Source: Acidovorax sp. (GTDB lineage Bacteria > Pseudomonadota > Gammaproteobacteria > Burkholderiales > Burkholderiaceae_C). Taken from it: a stretch of DNA of 64,000 nt. How positions within the stretch are numbered: the first letter of the stretch is position 1; every line of letters begins with the position of its first letter. Positions 1-9,521 of this stretch are shown piece by piece. The notes beneath the pieces were generated by a model that saw nothing but the letters and a program-made list of their open reading frames with translations, was not told the origin of the DNA and ran no database searches. Location of the stretch: positions 7,859-71,858 of the forward strand of contig JAYSFC010000002.1 of the NCBI GenBank assembly GCA_041913505.1, written 5' to 3'. A program made the translations under genes and the position numbers.

Positions 1-524
1 CGCTTGTCCAGCTTGCGCGTGAGCGTGCGCCGGTGCATGCCCAGGCGCCGCGCGGCCTCGGAGATGTTGAAGCCCGTTTCGGCCAGTACCTCGTGGATGC
101 GCTCCCACTCGAGTGTCTTGATCGAGCTGGAGCGGTTGGTCAGTTCCACGTCGGCGTTGCCTTCGGTGAGGCCGAAGGCGGCCTCGATGTCGTCGGTGTT
201 CGAGGGTTTGGCAAGGTAGTGGCAGGCACCGAGCTTCACGGCTTCGACGGCGGTGGCGATGCTCGCGAAGCCCGTGAGCACCACGATGAGCATGTCCTCG
301 CTGTGCGCGTGCAGCGAGCGCACGCAGGCCAGGCCCGAGGCTTCGCCCTTGAGCTTGAGGTCCACCACCGCATAGCCGGGGCTGTATTCGGTGAGCAATT
401 CCTCGACGCGGGGCATGCTGTCGGCCTGCAGCACGCGGTAGCCGCGCCGCTCGAACGAGCGCGCGAGCGTGCGCGCGAAGGCTTCGTCGTCCTCCACGAT
501 CAGCAGCAAACGTTCATCGTCCAT
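1..524 (-). CDS. regA: Response regulator of the RegA/ActR/PrrA/RoxR type (receiver domain plus C-terminal Fis-type HTH). The C-terminus runs off the left edge of the window.
   Basis: Not in the ORF track because there is no stop inside the window. Hand translation of the minus strand from the ATG at 524-522 gives [31 protein letters not shown]...[12 protein letters not shown]...[14 protein letters not shown]...[39 protein letters not shown]. The start overlaps the end of the upstream kinase gene (514). Confidence 0.85.
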   Translation of the reverse strand, partial: [174 protein letters not shown]

Positions 525-1851
525 GGTCGTTGTGTTCGGTATCTTGCAGCGCAATGGCCGCGAGCGGCAGGGTGATGGTGACCTCGGCGCCGCCCTCGGG
601 CCGGTTGCGCGCCACCACGCTGCCGCCAAGGGTGCGTGCCACGTTCATCGCCAGGAACAGTCCCACACCGCCGCCGGGGCGGCCCTTGGTGGAAAGGTAG
701 GGCGTGCCAAACTGCGAGAGGATGGCGGGCGCGAAGCCGGGCCCCTGGTCCGTGACGGTGATGCGCAGCGCATCCGGGTCCTGCGCAGCCGTCATACCGA
801 CCCAGCGCGGGGACGCGTCACGCGCATTGTCCAACACATTGAAAACCATTTGCTGCAGCGTGGCATCGGAGACCATGGGGCTGTCGGTCGCGACATGGTT
901 CTCGTAGACGAAGGTGTCCACCGAGCGCGTGGCCCGCCAGTCGCGCGCGAGCGCATCGAGGAAATGGCACACCGTGGTCTGGGCCGAGGCCTCGCCGCGC
1001 GTTTCGCCGGCCGACAGCAGGATGCCGCTCACGATGGTTTTGCAGCGCTGCACCTGGGTCTGCATCTCGGCGATCTCTTCCTGCAGCACCGCGTCTTTGG
1101 CGAGCGCAGGCTCGCGGCGCCAGTCGCCCAGGATGACGGCCATGGTCGCCAGTGGCGTGCCGAGCTCGTGGGCTGCGCCCGAGGCCAGCAGGCCCATGCG
1201 CACGATGTGCTCCTCCTCGGCGGCGCGCTGGCGCACGGCGGCCAGGCGCGCATCGCGCTGGCGCAGGGTGCGGCTGATGCGCGTGATGAAGACCACGAGC
1301 AGGATGGCGTTGAGCACGAAGCACACGAGCAGGCCCAGCACATAGGGGCTGGCCAGGCCCTGGTGCATGTCGGCGGCAAGCGGCAGGGGCAAGCGGTGCT
1401 CGGCCAGCACGGCGACGCAGGCTGCCGTGGCGGCCACGATGGACCAGATGTAGCCACCGCGCAGCAGCATGGCGCCCACGGCGATTTGCAGCAGGTACAG
1501 GAACACGAAGGGGTTGCTGGTGCCGCCGCTCAGGTAGAGCTGCGCCGTGAGCACCGCCACGTCCACGAGCAGTGCGAGGAACATCTCCACGTTGCGCACG
1601 CCGCGCCCTGTGCGCCAGCGCAGCAGGCTCACGATGTTGAATACCACGAGGCAGCCGGCCACGGTGAGCATCTCGCGCAGCGGCAGTGGCATGCGCAGGC
1701 TGTAGTGGGCTGCTTCGATGGTGAAGACCTGCCCGATCACCGCGATCCAGCGCAGCTGGATCAGTTGGTGCAGGTTCTTGAGGCCGGCCGCTGCGTTGGC
1801 CGAATGGGCGTTGCGGGGAGGGCGGGCCGGGATTTCAGCGCTGCTGCTCAT
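514..1851 (-). CDS. regB: Membrane redox-sensing histidine kinase, RegB/PrrB/ActS/RoxS type
   Basis: ORF 514..1938(-); the likely start is MSSSAEIP at 1851. The N-terminus is multi-TM and contains GGTSNPF (the RegB GGxxNPF quinone-site motif). It also has the H-box AAHELGTPLATM, a downstream Cys in QRCKTIV (redox-box position), and ATPase boxes VLDNARDAS, DQGPGF and GGGVGL. Confidence 0.85.
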   Translation of the reverse strand: MSSSAEIPARPPRNAHSANAAAGLKNLHQLIQLRWIAVIGQVFTIEAAHYSLRMPLPLREMLTVAGCLVVFNIVSLLRWRTGRGVRNVEMFLALLVDVAVLTAQLYLSGGTSNPFVFLYLLQIAVGAMLLRGGYIWSIVAATAACVAVLAEHRLPLPLAADMHQGLASPYVLGLLVCFVLNAILLVVFITRISRTLRQRDARLAAVRQRAAEEEHIVRMGLLASGAAHELGTPLATMAVILGDWRREPALAKDAVLQEEIAEMQTQVQRCKTIVSGILLSAGETRGEASAQTTVCHFLDALARDWRATRSVDTFVYENHVATDSPMVSDATLQQMVFNVLDNARDASPRWVGMTAAQDPDALRITVTDQGPGFAPAILSQFGTPYLSTKGRPGGGVGLFLAMNVARTLGGSVVARNRPEGGAEVTITLPLAAIALQDTEHNDHGR

Positions 1852-2671
1852 CAAGGGGTGTGTCACGGGCGGCTCGCAGCCGAAGCTCGTAGCGTGCCAC
1901 AAGCACGAATGCCCCCGCAACCAAAAGCGCAAGCCCATACCACGTGAGCGCGTAGGCCAGGTGGCTGTTGGGGAAGCGCACCACGGTCAGGCCAGGCCGG
2001 GGCCAGGGGCCCTCGTTGGCTGCGGGCGCAGTCGCCAGGGTGGCCGGGCTGGCGCCGGGCATGCCCGCGTCTATGAAGAAGGGCGCTGCGTGTGCAAGGC
2101 CCTGGGCCTGGGCGATGGCCGCCACGTCGCGCGAGTGCCAGCGTTGTTGAGCGGGATCGTTGCGGCGCAGAAAGCCGCCGCCTGGCTCGCTCAAGCGCAG
2201 CAGGCCTTCGACGGACACGTTTTCTGCAGCCGGGGTGCTGCCCGCCGCGGGCAGCCATTGGGCGCGCTGGGCCTGCGGAATGAAGCCGCGATTGACCAGC
2301 ACCTGGGTGCCGTCGGCCATCTGCAGCGGGGTCAGCACCCAGAAGCCCGCGCCCAGCTCGGTGGTGGCCTGGGTCAGCACGGTCTGGCCCGCCAGCCACC
2401 GGCCCTGGGCGCGCACGGGCAGGTATTCGTAGCCGGCTGCGTCGATGCGCGGCCACTCGGCGGGGACGGGAAGAGGCACGGGTGCGGCTTGCAGCCGCTG
2501 CGTGACCCGCGCGATGAGGTCCAGCTTCCAGGCGCGGCGTTGCACCTGCCAGGTGCCCAGGGCGGCGAAGCCCAGAAACAAGGCGATGCCCGCCAGGGCG
2601 AGCACCGCCATCGTGAGGTTGGAGTGCGGGCGCTGGCGGCCCGCGTCTCCTGGGGGGGCGTGGGGGGTCAA
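1835..2671 (-). CDS. SURF1/Shy1-family oxidase assembly protein
   Basis: ORF 1835..2761(-). N-terminal TM (AVLALAGIALFLGFAALGTWQVQRRAWK), periplasmic body with NRGFIP, C-terminal TM (HLAYALTWYGLALLVAGAFVLV). The start is uncertain. A TTG at 2671 overlaps the cyoD stop (TTGA) and keeps basic residues ahead of the TM; the first ATG is at 2611. Confidence 0.75.
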   Translation of the reverse strand: MTPHAPPGDAGRQRPHSNLTMAVLALAGIALFLGFAALGTWQVQRRAWKLDLIARVTQRLQAAPVPLPVPAEWPRIDAAGYEYLPVRAQGRWLAGQTVLTQATTELGAGFWVLTPLQMADGTQVLVNRGFIPQAQRAQWLPAAGSTPAAENVSVEGLLRLSEPGGGFLRRNDPAQQRWHSRDVAAIAQAQGLAHAAPFFIDAGMPGASPATLATAPAANEGPWPRPGLTVVRFPNSHLAYALTWYGLALLVAGAFVLVARYELRLRAARDTPLDEQQR

Positions 2672-3096
2672 GGCGCCTGGTGGTGTTCGGCGCCCTGGTG
2701 CATGCCGGGCAGCGGAGGATGCTCGGGCATCATGTTGGCGTTCATGTGAAACATGACCCACAGCGTGCCGGCAATCCCGACCGCCACGAAGATCAGCGTG
2801 AAGACGGTCGAGAGCATGGTCCAGCCGCCTTCGAGCTTGCCGTTCATGTGCAGGAAGCAGACCATGTGCACCAGGATCTGCAGGACGGCAAAGCCACCGA
2901 GCACGAGCACCGCCGTGTTGCGGTCCGCAATCACCTTGGACATGACGAGCCAGAACGGAATCGCCGTGAGGATAATGGACAAGATGAAGCCGACCATGTA
3001 GCCCGAGAACGTGCTGTGCGGGCCCTCGTCGTGGTGGTGATCGTCATGCCCGGCGTGAGCTGCGTGCGAATGCGAGTTGTGTGCGTGTGCGCTCAT
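2668..3096 (-). CDS. cyoD: Cytochrome o ubiquinol oxidase subunit IV
   Basis: 142-aa ORF with a His-rich N-terminus followed by three TM helices (YMVGFILSIILTAIPFWLV, VLVLGGFAVLQILVHMVCFLHM, TVFTLIFVAVGIAGTLWVMFH). It sits directly after cyoC. Confidence 0.85.
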   Translation of the reverse strand: MSAHAHNSHSHAAHAGHDDHHHDEGPHSTFSGYMVGFILSIILTAIPFWLVMSKVIADRNTAVLVLGGFAVLQILVHMVCFLHMNGKLEGGWTMLSTVFTLIFVAVGIAGTLWVMFHMNANMMPEHPPLPGMHQGAEHHQAP

Positions 3097-3732
3097 TTAC
3101 AGCACCCCCATCAGGTACACAAAGGTGAAAACGCCGATCCAGACCACATCCAGGAAGTGCCAGAACATGGACAGGCACATCAGGCGCCGGTTGTTCTCGG
3201 GGATCAGCCCATGCTTGCCAATCTGGACCATCAACACCACCAGCCAGATGAGGCCGAAGGTGACGTGCAGACCGTGGGTGCCCACCAGCGTGAAGAAAGC
3301 CGACAGGAAGGCACTGCGCTGCGGGCCTGCGCCCTGGTGCAGCAGGTGTGCGAATTCGTACAGCTCCAGGCCCAGGAAGCACAGGCCAAAAAGTCCGGTC
3401 ACGGCCAGCCACAGCAGTGTGCCCTTCACGTCGCCCAGCTGCTTGCGCAGCATGGCAAAGCCGAAGGTGATGGAAGACAGCAGCAGGAATGCCGTGTTGA
3501 TGGCCACCAGGGTGAGGTCGAACAACTGCGCGCCCGTGGGGCCCGCCGCATAGCTGCGGCCCAGCACGCCGTAGGTGGCAAACAGGGCGGCGAAGATGAG
3601 GCAGTCGCTCATCAGGTAGAGCCAGAAGCCCAGCGCCGTACCGTTGGGCGGATGGGGTTCGTGCGCGAGGTGGTACTCGCGAGGGGCCAGGGCGCCTGCT
3701 GCGGCGCCAGCTTGGATGCGGATGTCAGACAT
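3097..3732 (-). CDS. cyoC: Cytochrome o ubiquinol oxidase subunit III
   Basis: ORF 3097..3771(-); the likely start is MSDIRIQ at 3732, overlapping the cyoB stop region (3725). Subunit-III-like helices are present ([58 protein letters not shown]). Confidence 0.9.
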   Translation of the reverse strand: MSDIRIQAGAAAGALAPREYHLAHEPHPPNGTALGFWLYLMSDCLIFAALFATYGVLGRSYAAGPTGAQLFDLTLVAINTAFLLLSSITFGFAMLRKQLGDVKGTLLWLAVTGLFGLCFLGLELYEFAHLLHQGAGPQRSAFLSAFFTLVGTHGLHVTFGLIWLVVLMVQIGKHGLIPENNRRLMCLSMFWHFLDVVWIGVFTFVYLMGVL

Positions 3733-5725
3733 GGCGGGCCAGTTGGAGTGTGCGGGCTTCTTCCGTGGCAATCACTTCGGATGCGGGGATGTAGAAGTCA
3801 CGCTTGTAGTTGAAGGTGTGGATGATGGAAGCCAGCAGCAGGGCGGCGAACGACACGCCTGCGAGCAGCCACATGTGCCAGATCAGTGCAAAGCCGACGA
3901 CCAGCGCAAGACCGGAGATGATCACCCCAGCCCCCGTGTTGGCGGGCATGTGGATGGACTGGAAGCCCTTCAGCGGACGCTGGTAGCCGTGCTTCTTCAT
4001 GTCCCACCAGGCGTCGATCTCGTGCGCCACGGGGGTGAAGGCGAAGTTGTATTGCGGCGGGGGCGAGGAGGTGGCCCACTCCAGCGTGCGCGCGTCCCAG
4101 GGGTCGCCCGTCACGTCGCGCAGCTGTTCGCGGCGCAGGTAGCTGACCACGAGCTGGATCAGGAAGCTCGCGATACCCAGTGCGATCAGCGCCGCGCCGC
4201 AGGCGGCGATGACGAACCAGATCTGCAGCGAGGGGTCCTCGAAGTGGTTCACGCGGCGCGTCGCGCCCATCAGGCCCACGATGTACAGCGGCGTGAACGC
4301 GACCCAGAAGCCCACCAGCCAGAACCAGAACGAGCACTTGCCCCAGAACTCGTCGAGCTTGTAGCCGAAGGCCTTGGGGAACCAGTAGTTGATGCCCGCG
4401 AACACGGCGAACACCACGCCGCCAATGATCACGTTGTGGAAGTGGGCGATCAGGAACAGGCTGTTGTGCAGCACGAAGTCGGCCGGGGGCACGGCCAGCA
4501 GCACGCCGGTCATGCCGCCAATGGCGAAGGTGCACATGAAGCCCACCGTCCACAGCATGGGCACGTTGAAGCGGATGCGGCCCTTGTACATGGTGAACAG
4601 CCAGTTGAAGATCTTCGCGCCCGTGGGGATCGAGATGATCATCGTCGTGATGCCGAAGAAGGTGTTCACGCTCGCGCCCGAGCCCATGGTGAAGAAGTGG
4701 TGCAGCCACACCAGGTAGGACAGGATGGTGATACACACCGTGGCGTACACCATGGAGGTGTAGCCGAACAGGCGCTTCTTGCTGAACGTGGCCACGATCT
4801 CCGAATACACGCCGAAGGCCGGCAGCACGAGGATGTACACCTCGGGGTGGCCCCAGATCCAGATCAGGTTCACGTACAGCATGGCGTTGCCGCCCAGGTC
4901 GTTCGTGAAGAAGTTGGTGCCGACATAGCGGTCCAGCGACATCAGCACCAGCGCGGCCGTCAGGACGGGGAAGGTGGCCACGATGAGCGCGTTGGTGCAC
5001 AGGGCGGTCCAGGTGAACACGGGCATCTTCATGAGGTTCATGCCCGGCGCGCGCATCTTGATGATGGTGACGATCAGGTTGATGCCCGATAAGGTGGTCC
5101 CCACGCCCGCGATCTGCAGGCCCCAGATGTAATAGTCCAGCCCCACACCGGGGTCCTGCGCCCCGAGGTTCGACAGCGCCAGCCAGCCCGAGGTGGAGAA
5201 CTCGCCCAGGAACAGCGAGAGCATCACCAGCACGGCGCCGCCCGTCGTCATCCAGAAGCTGAAGTTGTTGAGGAACGGGAACGACACGTCGCGTGCGCCG
5301 ATCTGCAGCGGCACGAGGTAGTTCATCAGGCCCGTGACGAAGGGCATGGCCACGAAGAAGATCATGATCACGCCGTGGGCCGTGAAGATCTGGTCGTAGT
5401 GGTGCGGCGGCAGGTAGCCCAGGTTATCGCCGAAGGCCATGGACTGCTGCAGGCGCATCATCGCCGCGTCGGCGAAGCCGCGCAGGAACATGACCAAGCC
5501 CAGGATCATGTACATGATGCCGATCTTCTTGTGGTCGATGCTGCAGATCCAGTCGCGCCACAGCGGCGTCCACAGGCGGAACTTCGTGAGGGCGGCCAGC
5601 ACAACCAGGCCGCCCAGCACCACCGCGATGAAGGTCCACAGCACGATGGGCTCGTGCGCCATCGGGATGGAGTCCCAGGTGATGCGGCCCAACAGCCAGT
5701 GGGCTGGGGTAGTTTGCTCAGACAT
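3725..5725 (-). CDS. cyoB: Cytochrome o ubiquinol oxidase subunit I (heme-copper oxidase)
   Basis: 666-aa ORF with hallmark heme-copper oxidase segments: [24 protein letters not shown] (CuB His pair) and [12 protein letters not shown] (heme ligands). Confidence 0.95.
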   Translation of the reverse strand: MSEQTTPAHWLLGRITWDSIPMAHEPIVLWTFIAVVLGGLVVLAALTKFRLWTPLWRDWICSIDHKKIGIMYMILGLVMFLRGFADAAMMRLQQSMAFGDNLGYLPPHHYDQIFTAHGVIMIFFVAMPFVTGLMNYLVPLQIGARDVSFPFLNNFSFWMTTGGAVLVMLSLFLGEFSTSGWLALSNLGAQDPGVGLDYYIWGLQIAGVGTTLSGINLIVTIIKMRAPGMNLMKMPVFTWTALCTNALIVATFPVLTAALVLMSLDRYVGTNFFTNDLGGNAMLYVNLIWIWGHPEVYILVLPAFGVYSEIVATFSKKRLFGYTSMVYATVCITILSYLVWLHHFFTMGSGASVNTFFGITTMIISIPTGAKIFNWLFTMYKGRIRFNVPMLWTVGFMCTFAIGGMTGVLLAVPPADFVLHNSLFLIAHFHNVIIGGVVFAVFAGINYWFPKAFGYKLDEFWGKCSFWFWLVGFWVAFTPLYIVGLMGATRRVNHFEDPSLQIWFVIAACGAALIALGIASFLIQLVVSYLRREQLRDVTGDPWDARTLEWATSSPPPQYNFAFTPVAHEIDAWWDMKKHGYQRPLKGFQSIHMPANTGAGVIISGLALVVGFALIWHMWLLAGVSFAALLLASIIHTFNYKRDFYIPASEVIATEEARTLQLARHV

Positions 5726-5786
5726 ATCGAATTCTCTTGGCTAGTGGACCGGTCGCCGGCGCGTGCCCGCTCCCGGTCCGTCAAAC

Positions 5787-6833
5787 TCACTGTTGGGTGG
5801 AGGCTCCGGGGGCGGCAGAGGGCTGCAGGGCGGCCAGAATCTGCGCTGCGTTGCCTGCCGTGCAGACGTCCTGGGGCAGGTTCAGGCCTGCGGCCTTCAG
5901 GTAGGCCTCGCCGCCTTGGGCATCGATGGCCATCACGTGATGCATGCACAGCTTGCCGTCCTCGACGCAGCGGTTGAGCACCTTGCCGTACAGGCCTTCT
6001 TCCACGGTGGAGAAGCGCTGCACGGGGTCACGCTGGCTGGGCTTGGCCAGCGTGAGGTAGGTGGCGCTGTCGAGCGGCTTGCCTTCCTGCTTGGCTTTGA
6101 GCACCCACTGGGCGAAGTCCGCATCGCTCAGGCCGTGGAACTTGAACGTCATGCCCGAGAAGCCCGCGCCGCTGTAGTGCGATGCCAGGCCCTGGAACAC
6201 GCCGGGCTTGTTGATGACCGCGTTGAGCTCGGTCTGCATGCCGGGCATGGCATAGATCATGCCGGCCAGGTCGGGCACGTAGAACGCGTTCATGGTCGAG
6301 GTGGCCGTGAGCTTGAAGCGGATCGGACGGTCCACGGGGGCGGCCAGCTCGTTCACGGTGGCGATGCCCTGCTCGGGGTAGAAAAACAGCCATTTCCAGT
6401 CCATGGCTACCACCTGCACCTCCAGGGGCTTCACGTCGGCGGCCACGGGGCGGTGGGCGTCGATGCGGTCCAGGGGGCGGTAGGGATCGAGCTTGTGGGT
6501 CGTGATCCAGGTGAGGGCCCCCAGCGCGATGATGATCAAGAGCGGCACGGTCCAGATCACCAGCTCCAGCGTGGTGGAGTGATGCCAGTCGGGGTCGTAC
6601 TCGGCCTCGGTGTTGCCTTGGCGGTATTTCCAGGCGAAGAGGAGCGTGAGCAGGATCACCGGCACGATGATGATCAGCATCAGCAGGGTGGCCGTGACGA
6701 CCAACTGGCCCTGCTGGGCGGCGACGTCGCCGGCCGGGTTGAGTACGACGGCCTTGCTGCAGCCGGCGAGGCCGGCTGTCAGGGCGGCCGCGGCAAGCCA
6801 GGCAGGCCCGCGGAGTTCCTTGGTTTTTAGCAT
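5787..6833 (-). CDS. cyoA: Cytochrome o ubiquinol oxidase subunit II (lipoprotein)
   Basis: 348-aa ORF with lipobox LTAGLAGC, two TM helices and a cupredoxin domain. The domain has HYSGAGFSGM in place of a CuA Cys motif, which indicates the quinol-oxidase type. Confidence 0.9.
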   Translation of the reverse strand: MLKTKELRGPAWLAAAALTAGLAGCSKAVVLNPAGDVAAQQGQLVVTATLLMLIIIVPVILLTLLFAWKYRQGNTEAEYDPDWHHSTTLELVIWTVPLLIIIALGALTWITTHKLDPYRPLDRIDAHRPVAADVKPLEVQVVAMDWKWLFFYPEQGIATVNELAAPVDRPIRFKLTATSTMNAFYVPDLAGMIYAMPGMQTELNAVINKPGVFQGLASHYSGAGFSGMTFKFHGLSDADFAQWVLKAKQEGKPLDSATYLTLAKPSQRDPVQRFSTVEEGLYGKVLNRCVEDGKLCMHHVMAIDAQGGEAYLKAAGLNLPQDVCTAGNAAQILAALQPSAAPGASTQQ

Positions 6834-6908
6834 GCTAGGGGCGCGACAAAGGGCGTTTTTAGGGGTAAACGCGAGTGACTGAACGCGCCGAATGTAATGC
6901 GGCTAGCT

Positions 6909-6991
6909 ATTTTGTCGATTGGACATTTTGTCCAGGGTCAAAGAGCTATGGGTCAAAAGGGGTGGTGCGCCAGATGGTCGAGATGGGTCAA
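6909..6991. promoter_or_regulatory. Cluster of short direct repeats in the divergent cyoA / MFS promoter region; candidate regulator binding sites
   Basis: ATTTTGTC occurs at 6909-6916 and 6925-6932. GGGTCAA occurs at 6935-6941, 6950-6956 and 6985-6991, with the variant TGGTCGA at 6975-6981. All lie in an AT-richer 280-bp gap between divergent genes. Confidence 0.25.
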
Positions 6992-7114
6992 GGAAGGCTC
7001 TGTCGGGTCTTGACAATCAGGGTTTTCCGCTGGCGCCCATGGTGAAAGCGCACTTGTGGGGCTGGGGGCTTGCGTGTAGAACGGAGCCGTGTCAGTCAGT
7101 CAAGGAGCAATCGT

Positions 7115-8449
7115 ATGAACGGCCACGGTTCTGCGGCACTTCCTGTGCCGGGCTTTGAGGGTGCGGGGTCTCTCGCACGGGCGCACACGGATGAAGATGT
7201 GACGCCCAGTGAAATCGCCGTGGGTGTGATCATTGGACGGTCGTCCGAGTACTTCGATTTCTTCGTATTCGGCATCGCGAGCGTCCTGGTCTTTCCGACC
7301 CTGCTGTTTCCCTTTCTTTCGCGCCTGGAGGGCACGCTGATGGCCTTTGCCATCTTTGCCCTGGCCTTCGTGGCCCGGCCCCTGGGCACGGCCATTTCGA
7401 TGGCCGTGCAGCGGCGCTGGGGGCGGGGCACCAAGCTCACGATGGCGCTGTTCCTGCTCGGGGCCTGCACGGCGGGCATGGCCTTCCTGCCCAGTTACCA
7501 CTCCGTGGGCGCTGCCGCCATCGTGGCGATCGTGATCCTGCGCTTCGGCCAGGGCCTGGCCCTGGGCGGTACCTGGGACGGCCTGCCGTCGCTGCTGGCC
7601 ATGGCGGCGCCGCCGGAGCGCCGCGGCTGGTACGCCATGATCGGCCAGCTGGGCGCGCCGGTGGGCTTCGTGATGGCGGCCAGCCTGTTTGCCTACCTGT
7701 ACAGCAGCCTGAGCGCGGAGGAGTTCCTCGAGTGGGGCTGGCGTTACCCGTTCTTCGTGGCGTTCGCCATCAACGTGGTGGCGCTGTTCGCGCGGCTGCG
7801 GCTCGTTGTGGGCCAGTCCTACGCTGAACTGCTGCAGGAGCGCGAGCTCCAGCCCGTGAGCGTCAGGCGCGTGCTGGCCGATGAGGGGCGCAACGTGCTG
7901 ATCGGCGCGTTCGCCGCGCTCGCAAGCTTTGCGCTCTTTCACCTTGTCACGGTGTTCCCGCTGTCGTGGATCGCCATGTACTCCGACCAGTCCATGACCC
8001 AGGTGCTGTGCGTGCAGATCGTGGGGGCCTTTCTCGCGGCCGGGGCCATTGTGGGCTCCGGGTGGCTGGCCGACCGGTTCGGGCGGCGCAATCTGCTGGG
8101 CTCCATGGCCGTGCTGATCGGCCTGTTCAGTTTCACGGCGCCGTGGCTGCTGGGCGAGGGCCCGGTGGGCAACAACGTGTTCCTGCTCGTGGGCTTCGTG
8201 CTGCTGGGCCTGTCGTACGGCCAGGCCTCGGGCACTGTCACGGCCAATTTCTCCGCGCAGTACCGCTACACGGGCGCGGCGCTGTCGGCGGACCTGGCCT
8301 GGCTGATCGGTGCCGCCTTCGCGCCCCTCGTGGCGCTGGGGCTGTCGGCGCGCTTTGGTCTGGGGGCGGTGTCTCTGTACCTGCTGTCGGGCGTGGTGTG
8401 CACGCTGGGGGCGCTGCGCATCAACCGGCTGATCGAGCAGCGCGACTGA
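7115..8449 (+). CDS. MFS transporter, 12-TM, metabolite:H+ symporter-like
   Basis: ORF 7070..8449(+); the likely start is MNGHG at 7115, preceded by AAGGAG. The sequence is hydrophobic helices throughout (SEYFDFFVFGIASVLVFPTLLFPF...); the substrate cannot be inferred. Confidence 0.8.
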   Translation: MNGHGSAALPVPGFEGAGSLARAHTDEDVTPSEIAVGVIIGRSSEYFDFFVFGIASVLVFPTLLFPFLSRLEGTLMAFAIFALAFVARPLGTAISMAVQRRWGRGTKLTMALFLLGACTAGMAFLPSYHSVGAAAIVAIVILRFGQGLALGGTWDGLPSLLAMAAPPERRGWYAMIGQLGAPVGFVMAASLFAYLYSSLSAEEFLEWGWRYPFFVAFAINVVALFARLRLVVGQSYAELLQERELQPVSVRRVLADEGRNVLIGAFAALASFALFHLVTVFPLSWIAMYSDQSMTQVLCVQIVGAFLAAGAIVGSGWLADRFGRRNLLGSMAVLIGLFSFTAPWLLGEGPVGNNVFLLVGFVLLGLSYGQASGTVTANFSAQYRYTGAALSADLAWLIGAAFAPLVALGLSARFGLGAVSLYLLSGVVCTLGALRINRLIEQRD

Positions 8450-8473
8450 GTTTTCCCGCTCAGCAAAACCCAA

Positions 8474-8500
8474 GAGGCCCGCATGCGGGCCTCTTTGCTT
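8474..8500. terminator. Bidirectional rho-independent terminator between the convergent MFS gene and tolA
   Basis: GAGGCCCG-CATG-CGGGCCTC (8474-8493) is followed by TTTGCTT on the plus strand and preceded by AAAACCCAA, which gives a U-run for the minus strand. Confidence 0.6.
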
Positions 8501-8512
8501 AGGATGGGCGCG

Positions 8513-9490
8513 TCAGTCCTGGGGACGGAAGCCGATCTCGAGCGATGAAGGCACGCGGCCATCCACATCGCGGGGCAGGGTTTCGGTCTTGTCCAGCGCG
8601 CGCAGCACGGCTTCGTCCCAGGCCTTGTTGCCGCTCGACTGGATGATCCGGCGGCCCACGATGGTGCCGTCGGGCGCCGCGCGCACCTCGACCACGGCGC
8701 GGGGGTTGCCCGACACCGCGTCGGGGTAGACGATATTCGGCTTGACCTTGGCCGCCACACGGCCGCCGTAGCTGCCCGAGGGGCCTGAGCTGCGCTGGGC
8801 GTTGCCCGTGGCGGTTTCTCCGCCCGTGGCGCCGGCCAGGCCCTGTATGCGGCGCAGATTGGCCTGGCGCTGATCTTCGAGGCGCTTGGCGTCGGCTTCG
8901 GCCTTGCGCTTGTCCTCGGCAAGCTTCTTCTGCTTTTCCTGTTCGGCCTTCTTCTGCTCGGCCAGCTTTTCGCGCTGTTCTTTCTCGCGCTCGGCTTTTT
9001 CCTTCTGCAGCCGTTCCTTTTTCTCCTGCTCCAGGCGCTCTTTCTTTTCCTGCTCCAGGCGCTCGCGGTGCTCTTGTTCCTTGCGCTCGCGTTCGCGCTT
9101 TTCGCGCTCCAGCTGCTGCTGGCGCTGCTTCTTTTCTTCCTCGAGCCGCTTCTTCTGGCGCTCCAGGGCGATGTCGGCCTCGCGCGTGTCGGGCTCTGCC
9201 TGGCGCGGCGGAGGAGGAGCGGGCGGCGGCGGGGCCGGAGCGGGCCGGGGGGGCTCGGGCTCCGGCGCGGGCGGCGGAGGCGGCGCAACCGGGGCGGGCG
9301 CGGCCTGCTGGGGGATGGCCGACCATAGCTCGGCCTCCACGGCGGGTTGGTCGGCGCTGGTCTTCCACTTCACGCCCCAGGTCAGCGCGCCCAGCAGGAG
9401 CGCGTGCGCGAGCACGGCCAGCGTGATGGCACGCAGGCGGCCCGGCGGGCGGGGAGGCGCAAATTGGTCGCGGTCGTTGAGGGCGTGCAT
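8513..9490 (-). CDS. tolA: Cell envelope integrity protein TolA
   Basis: 325-aa ORF with an N-terminal TM (ITLAVLAHALLLGALTW), a Pro-rich linker and a long E/K/R-rich helical repeat region (ERLEQEKKERLEQEKKERLQKEKAEREKEQREK). The C-terminal domain reads GRVAAKVKPNIVYP...AWDEAVLRALDK. It lies directly after tolQ-tolR. Confidence 0.85.
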   Translation of the reverse strand: MHALNDRDQFAPPRPPGRLRAITLAVLAHALLLGALTWGVKWKTSADQPAVEAELWSAIPQQAAPAPVAPPPPPAPEPEPPRPAPAPPPPAPPPPRQAEPDTREADIALERQKKRLEEEKKQRQQQLEREKRERERKEQEHRERLEQEKKERLEQEKKERLQKEKAEREKEQREKLAEQKKAEQEKQKKLAEDKRKAEADAKRLEDQRQANLRRIQGLAGATGGETATGNAQRSSGPSGSYGGRVAAKVKPNIVYPDAVSGNPRAVVEVRAAPDGTIVGRRIIQSSGNKAWDEAVLRALDKTETLPRDVDGRVPSSLEIGFRPQD

Positions 9491-9521
9491 GTGTGGGTGG
9501 GGGATGGAGTCCGCGGGCCGG

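Noticed and set aside
7010-7015. Perfect TTGACA hexamer upstream of the MFS gene as a promoter -35.
   Set aside because: There is no acceptable -10 hexamer 16-18 nt downstream (that position reads GCGCCC). I did not report it as a promoter.
8513-9490. TonB assignment for the Pro-rich, E/K-rich protein.
   Set aside because: It lies directly downstream of ybgC-tolQ-tolR and has the long charged helical domain II typical of TolA rather than the short TonB layout. I called it tolA.
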